DNA of 44,351 nucleotides from Planctomycetota bacterium (GCA_029259675.1 JAJDES010000191.1:1-44351), one strand, 5' to 3'. Shown: positions 1 to 9,457, counted from the stretch's first letter. Made by a program: numbers and translations. Notes: generated by a model not told the origin, from the letters alone.

Positions 1-1338
1 GTCGATCGCAAGCCACCCTTCGCTTTCAAATCGATCGAGCAGTGCCCGCGCCAGCAATCGATGCCCTTCAATCGATGGATGCACGTGATCTAGGAATAGA
101 TCCAAGCCGGGAATGTTCTGCCCGCTGCTTGCGCGAGCCGCGTCGCTCAAAAGAGCTTCAAAATCAAGCAAGGGCACGCCTGCCGCCTGCGTTACTTCGC
201 GCAGCGTGCGGCGCCAATTACTTACTGCGCGCAGGGGGCAAATGTCCTCGTCAATCGCGCGCTCAAAAGACTTCTGGGCCTCCGCTTCCAAGCCCAAGGC
301 CAGCAGAGATCGTCCGAGCGCGTAGTGCGCCCCGGCAAAGCGATCATCCAACGCCAGGGCCGCTTCCAACTCTTTTCTGGCCGCATCGTGATTGTCGCTT
401 GCAGCGAGATTCAAGCCGCGGGCGTAGCTCTCCTCGAATCGCGCGATCTGCTCAGCACTCAACGCCGGGCCGTGTTCGCTTTTGAAAGGTGAGCAATCTT
501 TCAAATTGGCCGCCGGCGTCACAAACAATATGCGCGCCCCTGTGGAGCGGACTTGCAGCACCATGCGTTCCAAGTTGAAACGATAGTGCCGGCCGATGTT
601 CGCCATCAGCTCATCATCGCGCGTGTAATCCTCTGGACCGAAACTCTGATCCAAGCGCGAGCGCACTTCTTCGCCGAGTTCATAGCGCTCATTCGATTCC
701 TCGCCGGAGGCTGCCTCTGGCTGAGCCAGATTTCTGATCGCGCTGTATACGCGCGTGCGACCAAGAATCGACCCGCCGGCTAAGAGAAGTGGCGATGTCG
801 CGGTCAAATCAGCGTATGTCCGCTTTTCGAGAGCTTCGTTGTGACCCGTATAGACGACAAATATATCGGGCTCGTACTTGGCCAACTCCTCCATCAAGAC
901 CGTGACACGGTAGCTGGCGTAACTGATGCCGCCCGCATTGATCACTTCAAATTTCCGCGTGGGGCAAGCGGCCGCTAGATACTCGCCTAGCCAAGCGCTG
1001 AAGCTTGTGTTGCCTTCGAAGGGTCTGCCGTACGTTGTCGAACCGCCCAAACAAAAGATGCGTGTGGTGCCCTCGGGCTTGCGCTTTAGAAACCGTTCGC
1101 GGTTGAACCATGCCGTTTTGGACTCAGCGGTGACCAAATAGCCCGAATCACCATCCGGCACGTAAAGCGGCGAGTAAGCGGAAAAGCCCACGTAGGGGTC
1201 TTCTATGGACGTACTGGTGCCAACGCCCATCAAGGCCAAGAGGCCTTCGCTCAACGCCAAGAAAGCGAGCACTGAGATCAGCGACAAGGCCAGCTTGAGC
1301 GCTAAGGGGTAACGGCGGGCTTCACGCACAGCTGTCAT
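1..1338 (-). CDS. Membrane-anchored SGNH/GDSL-type hydrolase with TPR-like insert (C-terminus runs off the window start)
   Basis: Absent from the ORF track because no stop lies in the window. My minus-strand translation from ATG (1338-1336) stays open to base 1 (446 codons). MTAVREARRYPLALKLALSLISVLAFLALSEG is an N-terminal TM anchor. RIFCLGGSTTYG is SGNH block I (Ser nucleophile) and LDHVHPSIEGHRLLA is block V (D-x-x-H). ARKELEAALALDDRFAGAHYALGRSLLALGLEAEAQKSFERAI is a TPR-like pair. Confidence 0.6.
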   Translation of the reverse strand, partial: MTAVREARRYPLALKLALSLISVLAFLALSEGLLALMGVGTSTSIEDPYVGFSAYSPLYVPDGDSGYLVTAESKTAWFNRERFLKRKPEGTTRIFCLGGSTTYGRPFEGNTSFSAWLGEYLAAACPTRKFEVINAGGISYASYRVTVLMEELAKYEPDIFVVYTGHNEALEKRTYADLTATSPLLLAGGSILGRTRVYSAIRNLAQPEAASGEESNERYELGEEVRSRLDQSFGPEDYTRDDELMANIGRHYRFNLERMVLQVRSTGARILFVTPAANLKDCSPFKSEHGPALSAEQIARFEESYARGLNLAASDNHDAARKELEAALALDDRFAGAHYALGRSLLALGLEAEAQKSFERAIDEDICPLRAVSNWRRTLREVTQAAGVPLLDFEALLSDAARASSGQNIPGLDLFLDHVHPSIEGHRLLARALLDRFESEGWLAID

Positions 1339-1525
1339 AGTTCACGGCCGAATTCAGGAAGCGGTGGCCCGCATAGTCCAAAGGCTGGATCGCGGCCTTC
1401 GCTGACTCCAAGCAGGAATTTGTCCAAATCGAATGGGGACCTGCGCGGTACAGATGGCTGGCACGCGGCAGCGGGCGCGAATGGAAAGAAGGTGCTGAAA
1501 GGCACTTTGCAAGGATGGGTGGCAG

Positions 1526-2830
1526 CTAGACGTGCACGCGCGACAGGTTGCGATGTCCGTTCCCAGTGACCAAAACGTCATCTTCGATGCGCACTCCGCC
1601 GAATGGAATCAACTGATCGATTAGGGACCAGTCAAAATGCGCGGCTGTCTTACCCGAGCGATGCTCGCGCAGGAGCATCTCGATCATGTAGATGCCCGGT
1701 TCGATGGTAAACACTTCGTGCTCCTCGATTTGGCGCGTCGTGCGCAAGTAAGGGTGCGCATCGGGCGGCGGTTGGCTTCCTCCCTTGGGGTCGCGCTGAT
1801 GCCCGCCAATATCGTGCACTTGAATGCCGAGAAAGTGACCGACGCCGTGCGGCAGGAAGGGAGTTGTCACCCCGGCCTCCATCGCATCCTCGCCCGCGAG
1901 CTTCAAAACCCCCAATTCGTGCAGCAATTCGCCGACTTTGACGTGAGCGGCAATATGTATGTCGGGATAGGGAATGCCCGGGCGCACCATGTCGCAAAGC
2001 TCCAACTGAAAACGGTCCACGCCCTTGACCATCTCCGCAAAGATCGGGTCGCAACCCGCGCGCGTCCAAGTGCGCGTGATATCTGAGCAGTAGCCGCCGG
2101 AACGCGCGCCGGCGTCAATCAAGAGCACGCGACCCTCAATCCCCGTCCGTTTGCCCGTGTAGTGCAGGATGGCGCCCTTTTCATCCAGCCCGACGATGGT
2201 TGGGTAGGGCAAATCCGATTCCGGGGAACCCGTGCCCTGGACGAACGCGCGGTGGATTTCCAATTCGGACCCGCCTGCTTCAAAGCTGGCTTTGGCGGCC
2301 ACGTGCCCGCGCGCGCCCAGTTCCGCGGCGATCTCCAAGTGAGCGACTTCGTAAGCTGACTTGTAGGCGCGATTCCAATCCAATCGGGCGGTTAGCTCCT
2401 CGGGATTGAGGCAGGCCTGCTCGATGCCGTTTTCGACGGCGCGCAATCCATCGTTGCCGATGTAAGCCGTACGGCCCTCGGGGTCGACTTCGTTCCACGC
2501 TTCCGTGGGGCCGGGAACTTCGCGCAGGTCGAAGTGGGAAGCCCAGAAGGGGTCGCCCAGGGGCGCTTGCTCGTACCAATAGTCCTCGGGAGCAACGCGC
2601 ACGAGCACAGGTTTCTTGCCCGATCGAAGCCACAGCAGGTGATGCGGCCCCTCGAGCGGCAACCAATGGTTGAAATGGGGCGTGCTGCGAAAAACCGCAT
2701 CCTGATCATCGGCGAAATAGCGCATCGGAGCGCCCGCCCCGATCACCAGGGCATCGAATCCAGTGGCTTCGAGGGCGGCGTCGAGATCGCTCTGGCGCGC
2801 CTTGAAATGTTCAGCGTAAAGGTCCTTCAT
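1526..2830 (-). CDS. pepQ: Xaa-Pro dipeptidase (prolidase, M24B)
   Basis: Track ORF 1526..2857, trimmed to the ATG at 2830 (MKDLYAEHF...). It is collinear with E. coli PepQ as I remember it. Pita-bread metal-ligand motifs are present: LLIDAGA..GYCSDITRT, HGVGHFLGIQVHD, FTIEPGIY, GGVRIEDDV. Confidence 0.85.
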   Translation of the reverse strand: MKDLYAEHFKARQSDLDAALEATGFDALVIGAGAPMRYFADDQDAVFRSTPHFNHWLPLEGPHHLLWLRSGKKPVLVRVAPEDYWYEQAPLGDPFWASHFDLREVPGPTEAWNEVDPEGRTAYIGNDGLRAVENGIEQACLNPEELTARLDWNRAYKSAYEVAHLEIAAELGARGHVAAKASFEAGGSELEIHRAFVQGTGSPESDLPYPTIVGLDEKGAILHYTGKRTGIEGRVLLIDAGARSGGYCSDITRTWTRAGCDPIFAEMVKGVDRFQLELCDMVRPGIPYPDIHIAAHVKVGELLHELGVLKLAGEDAMEAGVTTPFLPHGVGHFLGIQVHDIGGHQRDPKGGSQPPPDAHPYLRTTRQIEEHEVFTIEPGIYMIEMLLREHRSGKTAAHFDWSLIDQLIPFGGVRIEDDVLVTGNGHRNLSRVHV

Positions 2831-3023
2831 GGCCTGTCTCCTGGGTTGAATCCGCACAGCCTACCCGCCAAACCGGCGCTCGGCCTCCACTTGCATTCGG
2901 GCCCGCGGCCTCCAGCTGGGGCTGCATGCGTCCGATAGGCCAGCCGGCCCCAAGCAAAATCGAGTTCGAGCGAGTGGGCGCAATTCCTGTGACTCTGCAA
3001 AGTGAGACCGGCGACCCGTGGCC

Positions 3024-3057
3024 GGCGCCCCGGCGCCCCGATGGCCGGCGGGGCGCC
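3024..3057. other. GC-rich direct repeat (GGCGCCCCG x2) plus 9-bp stem-loop in the divergent pepQ / membrane-protein intergenic region
   Basis: GGCGCCCCG occurs at 3024-3032 and 3032-3040. The second copy pairs perfectly with CGGGGCGCC at 3049-3057 (loop ATGGCCGG). Function unknown. Confidence 0.3.
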
Positions 3058-3194
3058 CAATGCCGTCCTGTGAGGCGAATTCTGGCCCTCGGAAACTCAC
3101 TGCCACGCCGCAGAACTTCCCCGACTCCGCGCACCCGCGTAGGATCTTCGCCTCCTAACCGGGAGCCTCGGGCTCCACCCCCGCCCAGCACTCG

Positions 3195-5825
3195 ATGACC
3201 GCACCCGCCGCCTCCGAGCCCGTCCCCACTTCACGCCTGGGAGCGCTCTTTCTGATCTCCTGCGGCTTGCTGCTTATCCAAGTAGCGCTGGCGAAGATCT
3301 TCTCGATCGTTCTCTGGTACCACTTCGGGTTCCTGGTGATCTCGATCGCCTTGCTCGGCTTCGCCCTTTCGGGGGTTTGGCTGGCGACCAAACCGGAACT
3401 GCTCGATCGCGGCGCCGGCCTATTGGGGAAACTCTCTTGCTGGGCCGCCCTCAGCAACGCCTTGGCCCTGTGGGTCGTCGTGCACACGCGCGTGGACGCC
3501 ATGCACGTGCTGCGCAATCGCAACGAGGGCGGGCTGCTGCTGCAGATCATCGTGCTGCTCGTGCCCTTCTTCTTCTTGGGTGCGACCGTCAGCGCCACGA
3601 TCGCCCTGCACCGCGCGAAGGCCGGCCTCGTTTATAGCTCGAACCTGATCGGATCGGGTGCCGGTTGTGCCGCCGCAATTGTGCTCTTCGACATGTTCCA
3701 TTGGAGCGCAACCGATGTTGTGCTCTTCGGTTCGCTTCTAATGGCGTTAGCAGCGCTCATGTTCGGCCTCAGCAGTTCGCCGCGCATGTTGCTGCAACCG
3801 GTTTTGCTGTCCCTGGGTGCCCTGCTGCTTCTCAACTGGGACGGCCGCCACGACGCCTTGCACTTGGCCGCACCCGAATCCAAACCGCTCTTCCACGTTG
3901 AGCAGTGGGATCGAACCAAGGGCGCGCGCGAAATTGACTTGGTTGACGGAGGCGTGCTCGTCTTCACCAAGTACGAGCTCGACGGCGATCACGCGATTTT
4001 CACCGATCCCTACGGCGAGAAGCAGCGCATTCCCACCAGCGCGGTCGCCACTCAACCCGACGGCACGTACGAGGTTCGACCGCACAGCTTGGTTGAGTTC
4101 ACAGAGTGGACCAGCCTCTCGAGGGTGGACGGCTTCATTTGGCCCACGGGCCTACCCTCCTGGGGGCTTTGGGGACTTTCCTCCGCTTGGAACGGCAAAT
4201 TCCCCAAGCAAAAGGGAATCACGATCGACTCCTGGGCCATGACCAATGTCATGGAGTGGAAGGGCGGCCCGACCGGCACTCCCGAAGCACCGCCGGAGAT
4301 CCTGGAGTACTTGCCCGCCACGCTCGTGCACCGCATCAGGCCGAAAGCCGATGTGCTGTGCATCGGAGCCGGCGGCGGCATGGATTTGCTGAGTGCCGTG
4401 CGATTCGGCGCCAAGACCGTCACCGGCGTTGAGATCAACCCCGGCGTCGTGCGCTGCGTGCGCGAGGCTTTCCTCGACTTCCAAGGCGGTCTATACGATC
4501 CCGAAAGGCAACCGGGAGTCAAAGTGCATGTGGCCGAGGGTCGCCACTACTTGGAGCGCGACGACAATCGCTACGACATCGTTCAACTCTCGGGTGTCGA
4601 TACGGCCTCCACGACACAAGCCGGCGCCTTTTCACTGTCAGAGAACTTCCTCTATACGCGCGAAGCCTTTTCGACCTATCTCGAGCACACCAAAGAAGGC
4701 GGGTTGGTCACCCTGACCCGTTGGGTTCTGCCCGATGACCAGGGCCTGCCACGCAACACGCTGCGCTTGTTCGTGTTGGCTTGGAGCGCCCTTGAGGATG
4801 CCGGCGTGGCCGAGCCCGGCCGCAACATTTACTTGGTGGAGAGCAACGGCTTCTCCGTGATTCTCTTCGGGCACCAACCGTTCACAAACGAGGAATTGGC
4901 GCGACTCGACACCACCTGCGAGGAAAAGCAATTCCGGCCGATTTATCATCCGGCGCGACCTTCGGAGTGGTTCAACCCCACCACGCGCTTGGCCATGGAG
5001 AATCACTTCGACAGCTTTGCTGCATCGACGGACAAAGCGGCATGGCTCGAGGCCTACCCCTACGACGTCTCACCGCCCTACGACAACCGCCCCTTCTTCT
5101 TCGAAACCTCGCGCTTCAGCCAGCTGCTCAAGAAGGAGAGCTTTAAGAACCCACTCGGCGGAATTACCGCGCACGGAATCCTGATCATCCTGTTGGGTCT
5201 GTTGGGCTTGGTCGCCTCGCTGTTCGTCATTTTGCCCCTGCGCAAGCTGCGTCAAACCAGCCGGGACCAAGACCAAAGCCTGCTGCCGATTCTCTTCTAC
5301 TTCGGCGCGTTAGGCCTGGGTTTCATTTTGGTTGAAGTGGTCTTGAGCCAGCAATTTGTCCTGTACCTAGGCAACCCGCTCTACAGCCTGGCTGTTGTGC
5401 TCTTCAGCGTGCTGATCTTCAGCGGCGTCGGCAGCGCCTTCTCCTCGCGCCTCTCCGGACCGCGCCCGGCAATCATCGTGGTCGTGGCGCTCGCAGCCAT
5501 CTACCCCCTGATACTGGGTCCGATTTTTGACGCCACCCTGCAATTGGGTACGGGCGCGCGCATCGCCATTTCAGTCTTGCTGCTGGCTCCGCTTTCAATC
5601 TCCATGGGCATGCCGTTCCCGCTGGGCGTTTCACGCCTTACGGACGCTCCCATCAGCCTGGTGAGCTGGGCCTGGGGCATCAACGGCTACACGTCCGTAC
5701 TCGGCAGCGTGCTGACCATCGCTCTGTCCATAGCCTTCGGCTTCCAAGCCGTGATCTGGATCGGCGGAGCGATTTACATCCTCGCCTTCCTAAGCGCACC
5801 GTTGCTCGGCACGCGACGCGCTTAG
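3195..5825 (+). CDS. Polytopic membrane protein with central spermidine-synthase-like (SpeE/PABS-fold) domain
   Basis: 876-aa ORF. Multiple hydrophobic helices sit at both ends (e.g. LFLISCGLLLIQVALAKIFSIVLWYHFGFLVISIALLGFALSGVWL near the N-terminus and LGLGFILVEVVLSQQFVLYLGNPLYSLAVVLFSVLIFSGVG near the C-terminus). They flank a soluble domain with a class-I nucleotide-binding core, VLCIGAGGGMDLLSAVRFGAKTVTGVEINPGVV ... VHVAEGRHYL ... YDIVQLSGVDT, arranged as in spermidine synthases. Confidence 0.6.
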   Translation: MTAPAASEPVPTSRLGALFLISCGLLLIQVALAKIFSIVLWYHFGFLVISIALLGFALSGVWLATKPELLDRGAGLLGKLSCWAALSNALALWVVVHTRVDAMHVLRNRNEGGLLLQIIVLLVPFFFLGATVSATIALHRAKAGLVYSSNLIGSGAGCAAAIVLFDMFHWSATDVVLFGSLLMALAALMFGLSSSPRMLLQPVLLSLGALLLLNWDGRHDALHLAAPESKPLFHVEQWDRTKGAREIDLVDGGVLVFTKYELDGDHAIFTDPYGEKQRIPTSAVATQPDGTYEVRPHSLVEFTEWTSLSRVDGFIWPTGLPSWGLWGLSSAWNGKFPKQKGITIDSWAMTNVMEWKGGPTGTPEAPPEILEYLPATLVHRIRPKADVLCIGAGGGMDLLSAVRFGAKTVTGVEINPGVVRCVREAFLDFQGGLYDPERQPGVKVHVAEGRHYLERDDNRYDIVQLSGVDTASTTQAGAFSLSENFLYTREAFSTYLEHTKEGGLVTLTRWVLPDDQGLPRNTLRLFVLAWSALEDAGVAEPGRNIYLVESNGFSVILFGHQPFTNEELARLDTTCEEKQFRPIYHPARPSEWFNPTTRLAMENHFDSFAASTDKAAWLEAYPYDVSPPYDNRPFFFETSRFSQLLKKESFKNPLGGITAHGILIILLGLLGLVASLFVILPLRKLRQTSRDQDQSLLPILFYFGALGLGFILVEVVLSQQFVLYLGNPLYSLAVVLFSVLIFSGVGSAFSSRLSGPRPAIIVVVALAAIYPLILGPIFDATLQLGTGARIAISVLLLAPLSISMGMPFPLGVSRLTDAPISLVSWAWGINGYTSVLGSVLTIALSIAFGFQAVIWIGGAIYILAFLSAPLLGTRRA

Positions 5826-5838
5826 GGTGCGAGCAACA

Positions 5839-5906
5839 GGATGCCCCGCCGTGGCATCCCGCCGCAATTTGTTCGAGGGCGGCCGGTCACTTTCTAGGTA
5901 AGTGAC
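5839..5906. terminator. Two perfect 7-bp stem-loops between convergent genes (possible bidirectional terminators)
   Basis: GGATGCC(5839-5845)/GGCATCC(5853-5859) and GTCACTT(5886-5892)/AAGTGAC(5900-5906), each with a 7-nt loop. Neither has a clear U-tract on either strand. Confidence 0.3.
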
Positions 5907-5973
5907 AAACGCACGGTGTTCACCGCGCCAATCCGCGCACGTGGACTTTGGCATCCAGACGGATTGACGGCAC

Positions 5974-7326
5974 TCAAGAACGCAGGGCAGCGCCCAGCTC
6001 CCGCAGCTCAACGCTTCCGGACCTAAAGGCCGAAAGGTATCCGGATTCGAAGGCTTGACGCCGTTTCAAGTCGCTATCCCACCAACCGGCCGAGAGCGTA
6101 GATACCGCATCAAATCGACCGTCCAATTCGCCGGCGCTCGGCGGTAGATCAAAACTCTCAAGATGCGGGGCGGACAACAACAAGACCTTGCCATCAGCTG
6201 TAAACGCGACATTGTCTGCGCGCAGGCGATCGCAGCGAATACCTCGGTCGTGCAAACCGCCGATCAACTCTCCGAGCGACCGAACTTGCTCAAGGGTCCA
6301 TGGCTTGTCCGAATGGGCAAGTAACGAGCCATCGGGTAGCCCGTAGGCAGCCCAGGGGATTTCGCCCGGAACCAAACACAACGGCTCCGCAACGGGCAAG
6401 CCGTGCCCGAAGAGGCGGACACTGCCTTCAAAAGCCTTCGCCAACTCACCTAAGGCGCCCCGTTCAATCAAAACGGAACGGCTGCCGAGACCCGTAAGCT
6501 CGACACTTTGCGCCAGGCCTCCGCCTTGGGCGATCAAAGCAGACGTGCTCGCATCGGCGCGCAATTCGCCTTCAAAATCACAGTCGCGTCGAATGCGGCT
6601 CAGGCTGCGCGCCGTTTCGCCGCGAGCCAATGCGCGCATCCAAGCCTCGGGGCGCCAGGCTCCGTCTTCGCGCCGCCACTGACGTGCGCGAGCTTCCGCG
6701 TGGGCGGCCCAATCTTCATTGGGATTGAAGTCCTTCAGCCATTCGGTCCCCATCGCTTTGCGCCAAGCGCACAGGACCCGCGCTCGGAAGCGAGCTGAAA
6801 CTCCCTCGCGGCACTGTCCCGCTAAGGCGATCAAGTCGCGCTCGAATACGTGTCGCGTCAGTCGCTTGGCGATGCGCGCTTGATGGAAATCGATCAACCA
6901 AGCTCGCCCCTCGGCGTCCAAGAGCACATTGCCGGGATGCAAGTCGACATGGTCCAAGCCCGACTTGTGCACGGCCGCAAGTGCGCGCCCCAACTCGCGC
7001 GCAAAGCCGGCCTGGCTAGCGGGCCACTCGGCTCCTTCGTGCAGAATCTCGTCCATGCCGACGGAATCCGGCACCCATTGCATGTGCAGTTCCCAACCGG
7101 GGCTGCCGCGCCGCAATTCCAGGATTTTCGGCACTCGAACTCCGTGTTGGTCGAGATGCTTGAGAATTCGATGCTCAAGGCCCGCGCGCAACCGGTCGCG
7201 CCACAGCACGAACTTGCTCGGATCGTGGAAATGCTTGACCACGCGCGGCCCTTCCGAAGAACGCTCAAGCCAGACCGTGCGCTTCTTGCTCAGCTTGAGC
7301 GGGGTTCGTTGGAAGGACTCAGCCAC
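5974..7326 (-). CDS. Lipopolysaccharide kinase (Kdo/WaaP/InaA) family protein, tandem kinase-like architecture
   Basis: 450 aa with a GTG start. The N-terminal half carries the family hallmarks VVKHFHD, HKSGLDHVDLHPGNVLLDAEGRAWLIDFHQ (catalytic D..N plus the DF metal loop). The C-terminal half repeats a degenerate version, LHDRGIRCDRLRADNVAFTADGKVLLL. Confidence 0.7.
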   Translation of the reverse strand: MAESFQRTPLKLSKKRTVWLERSSEGPRVVKHFHDPSKFVLWRDRLRAGLEHRILKHLDQHGVRVPKILELRRGSPGWELHMQWVPDSVGMDEILHEGAEWPASQAGFARELGRALAAVHKSGLDHVDLHPGNVLLDAEGRAWLIDFHQARIAKRLTRHVFERDLIALAGQCREGVSARFRARVLCAWRKAMGTEWLKDFNPNEDWAAHAEARARQWRREDGAWRPEAWMRALARGETARSLSRIRRDCDFEGELRADASTSALIAQGGGLAQSVELTGLGSRSVLIERGALGELAKAFEGSVRLFGHGLPVAEPLCLVPGEIPWAAYGLPDGSLLAHSDKPWTLEQVRSLGELIGGLHDRGIRCDRLRADNVAFTADGKVLLLSAPHLESFDLPPSAGELDGRFDAVSTLSAGWWDSDLKRRQAFESGYLSAFRSGSVELRELGAALRS

Positions 7327-7392
7327 GATTGATGCTTACGATCAGTGAGTAGGAGGATTGACGTTGCGTTCCAGCGGATAGGATGGCCGCCG

Positions 7393-8472
7393 ATGACTAG
7401 TTCGGGCGCAATGGACGGCGAAGTAGGGAATGCGGGGGCAAAGCTGCCCGCCCTGGCGCTGGCGCAGGTGAGTGAGATTTTGCCGCCTCCCGGGGCGCGG
7501 CGCATTCTCTTCTTCTCCAAGCGCAAGCGCCACACCCGCGTCCCCAGCCACTTGATCCGCGGCTTTGAGAACAACGGCCACCAAGTACTTTGGGTGCGCC
7601 CGAGCAAATGGCGCCGATTCCTGGGCAAGCGCGGAAGGAACGGCGCGCTTGGGCTTCTGGCGCGGTCGTGGAAGCCCGACATGATTTTGGTCTACAAAGC
7701 GGACGCCACGCCCGATCTCTTGGACGCCATGCCCAAGGACTTGCCGGTGATCTTGTACTACGAAGACTTGCCGTTGCCGGACCCGTGCGAGCCGGATGAG
7801 GGTTTGGTCGCAACGGGGCGCAAGTGCGACATCTTCTTCACAACTGCGCGCGGGCTCATACCTGTTCTTGAATCCAAAGGAGTCCCGCGCTGTGTCTATT
7901 TGCGTGGCGGCGTGGATCCCACCGATCACAGGCTCGGCGCAATGCGCCCGGAGCTGCGCTCCGATTTGGCCTTCATCGGACAAGCCTCCGACGCGGGTCG
8001 AGTCGGCTTGATGGCAACTCTTGCCAAGCAATTCGACGTCAAGCTCTACGGCCGCGGCTGGCAAGAGCAACTGGGTATTGCTCCAACCCATGATCACGTT
8101 GAACCCAAGCTCTACGGTGACATTTGCGCTTCGGCAGCCCTGATTGTCGGAATGGACGCCCGCAGCGACGTCGATCTCTATTTTTCCAATCGCACTTGGC
8201 TAACCCTCGGTTGCGGAGGATGCCTCCTAACGCACTACATCCCCGGCCTCGAAGAGTTCTTCAACAACCACGAACACTTAGTCTGGTTTCACTCAGAAGC
8301 CGAGTGCGCAGAGCTGGCCCAGCACTACCTAGCCCACCCGGACGAGCGCAAACGCATTGCGAAGGCCGGTCACGACCTCGTCCACCGCTACCACACCTTC
8401 ACCCACGCCACCGCCGAAATGATCGCCACGCTCGAGTGCAGACCGTGGTTCAGCCAGACCGCAGCGAGTTGA
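7393..8472 (+). CDS. CgeB-like / Glyco_trans_1_2-type glycosyltransferase
   Basis: Track ORF 7345..8472. I prefer the ATG at 7393, which is preceded by GGATAGGA. The C-terminal consensus typical of CgeB-family GTs is present: YFSNRTWLTLGCGGCLLTHYIPGLEEFFNNHEHLVWFHSEAECAELAQHYLAHPDERKRIAKAGHDLVHRYHTF. Confidence 0.65.
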   Translation: MTSSGAMDGEVGNAGAKLPALALAQVSEILPPPGARRILFFSKRKRHTRVPSHLIRGFENNGHQVLWVRPSKWRRFLGKRGRNGALGLLARSWKPDMILVYKADATPDLLDAMPKDLPVILYYEDLPLPDPCEPDEGLVATGRKCDIFFTTARGLIPVLESKGVPRCVYLRGGVDPTDHRLGAMRPELRSDLAFIGQASDAGRVGLMATLAKQFDVKLYGRGWQEQLGIAPTHDHVEPKLYGDICASAALIVGMDARSDVDLYFSNRTWLTLGCGGCLLTHYIPGLEEFFNNHEHLVWFHSEAECAELAQHYLAHPDERKRIAKAGHDLVHRYHTFTHATAEMIATLECRPWFSQTAAS

Positions 8473-8510
8473 CTCCCTGACTTCGAGCGCAACTCGCATC
8501 CTTAGAACCA

Positions 8511-9347
8511 ATGATTCTTTCAATACTTGTCTTGCTTCTATCAATTTCTGGGAGCTTCCAGCCTAGCCCCCCCGAAATCCATCGAGGAGTTCCGCCTTTC
8601 GAACTATGGGGTTTGAATGGTGGCTCTGGATGCCGAATCAAATTTGATCAGAATTGGGGTGTACTAGGATACGAAACCCGAAACAAACTGATTCGAATCG
8701 ATTGGTTCCAACTCAGGTCAGGCAGCGTCTTCTCACAACCGATGGGTTATCAGAATATTGCCTTAACCTATTACCCAACCGCAATCGTTCGGTCGGCAGC
8801 TAATAAGATCTGCGTTGCAGGGAAGCGCGAAAACGGTTTCACCGTAATTCAAGAATTTACTCTGGAGCCTCCTACGCTTAGAGCAGATGCGCATGGAACC
8901 GAGGCCTTGGATTCCAAAATCAGCGGCATAGCAGGAATTTATGATTCCGCGGACATCAGTCGAGACATGGTGGTTCACATGTTTAGGAGCATGAGTTCAA
9001 CCCCAGCCTTATTCGTTCAGTATTGGGACTCCAAAGACGTCTATTCGGTGAATCTAAAGACCGGCGTTGTGACAATTCAATTCCGTGCAACACAACCATC
9101 CGACGCTCCTTTGGAAGAACGTCTTTCAGGTTCCTTGTCTGCCCGCTTTGGCGGAAGGGACCACCCGCTCATGGGATACATGTACGGGTTTCGATTTCAT
9201 TCGCGAACCGAATGCGGTTGCTTGCTGCTTCTAGATCGGAATCGAGATGGAATCTTGGATAGTTCGCTCTTCCTAACGGATCAAGATTGGGCCGAGATGA
9301 ACCTGAGCGACAACTCAATCTACTTGGATGCGGGCTATTTGCCTTGA
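8511..9347 (+). CDS. Hypothetical secreted protein, low-GC gene
   Basis: 278 aa. MILSILVLLLSISGSF is a signal-peptide-like N-terminus. There is one DRNRDGILD (D-x-N-x-D-G-x-x-D, FG-GAP/EF-hand-like Ca-binding) motif near the C-terminus. I recognise no family. GC is clearly lower than the flanks. Confidence 0.55.
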   Translation: MILSILVLLLSISGSFQPSPPEIHRGVPPFELWGLNGGSGCRIKFDQNWGVLGYETRNKLIRIDWFQLRSGSVFSQPMGYQNIALTYYPTAIVRSAANKICVAGKRENGFTVIQEFTLEPPTLRADAHGTEALDSKISGIAGIYDSADISRDMVVHMFRSMSSTPALFVQYWDSKDVYSVNLKTGVVTIQFRATQPSDAPLEERLSGSLSARFGGRDHPLMGYMYGFRFHSRTECGCLLLLDRNRDGILDSSLFLTDQDWAEMNLSDNSIYLDAGYLP

Positions 9348-9457
9348 TTGCAATGCTCTCGCTACAAGCTCGGTACACCTTCCAAATTCAACTCTCAAGA
9401 GCCGTTGCGCACAAGATTGTGTACGCGGGCATGACCTCCGAACAGCTCAAGTAGGGC

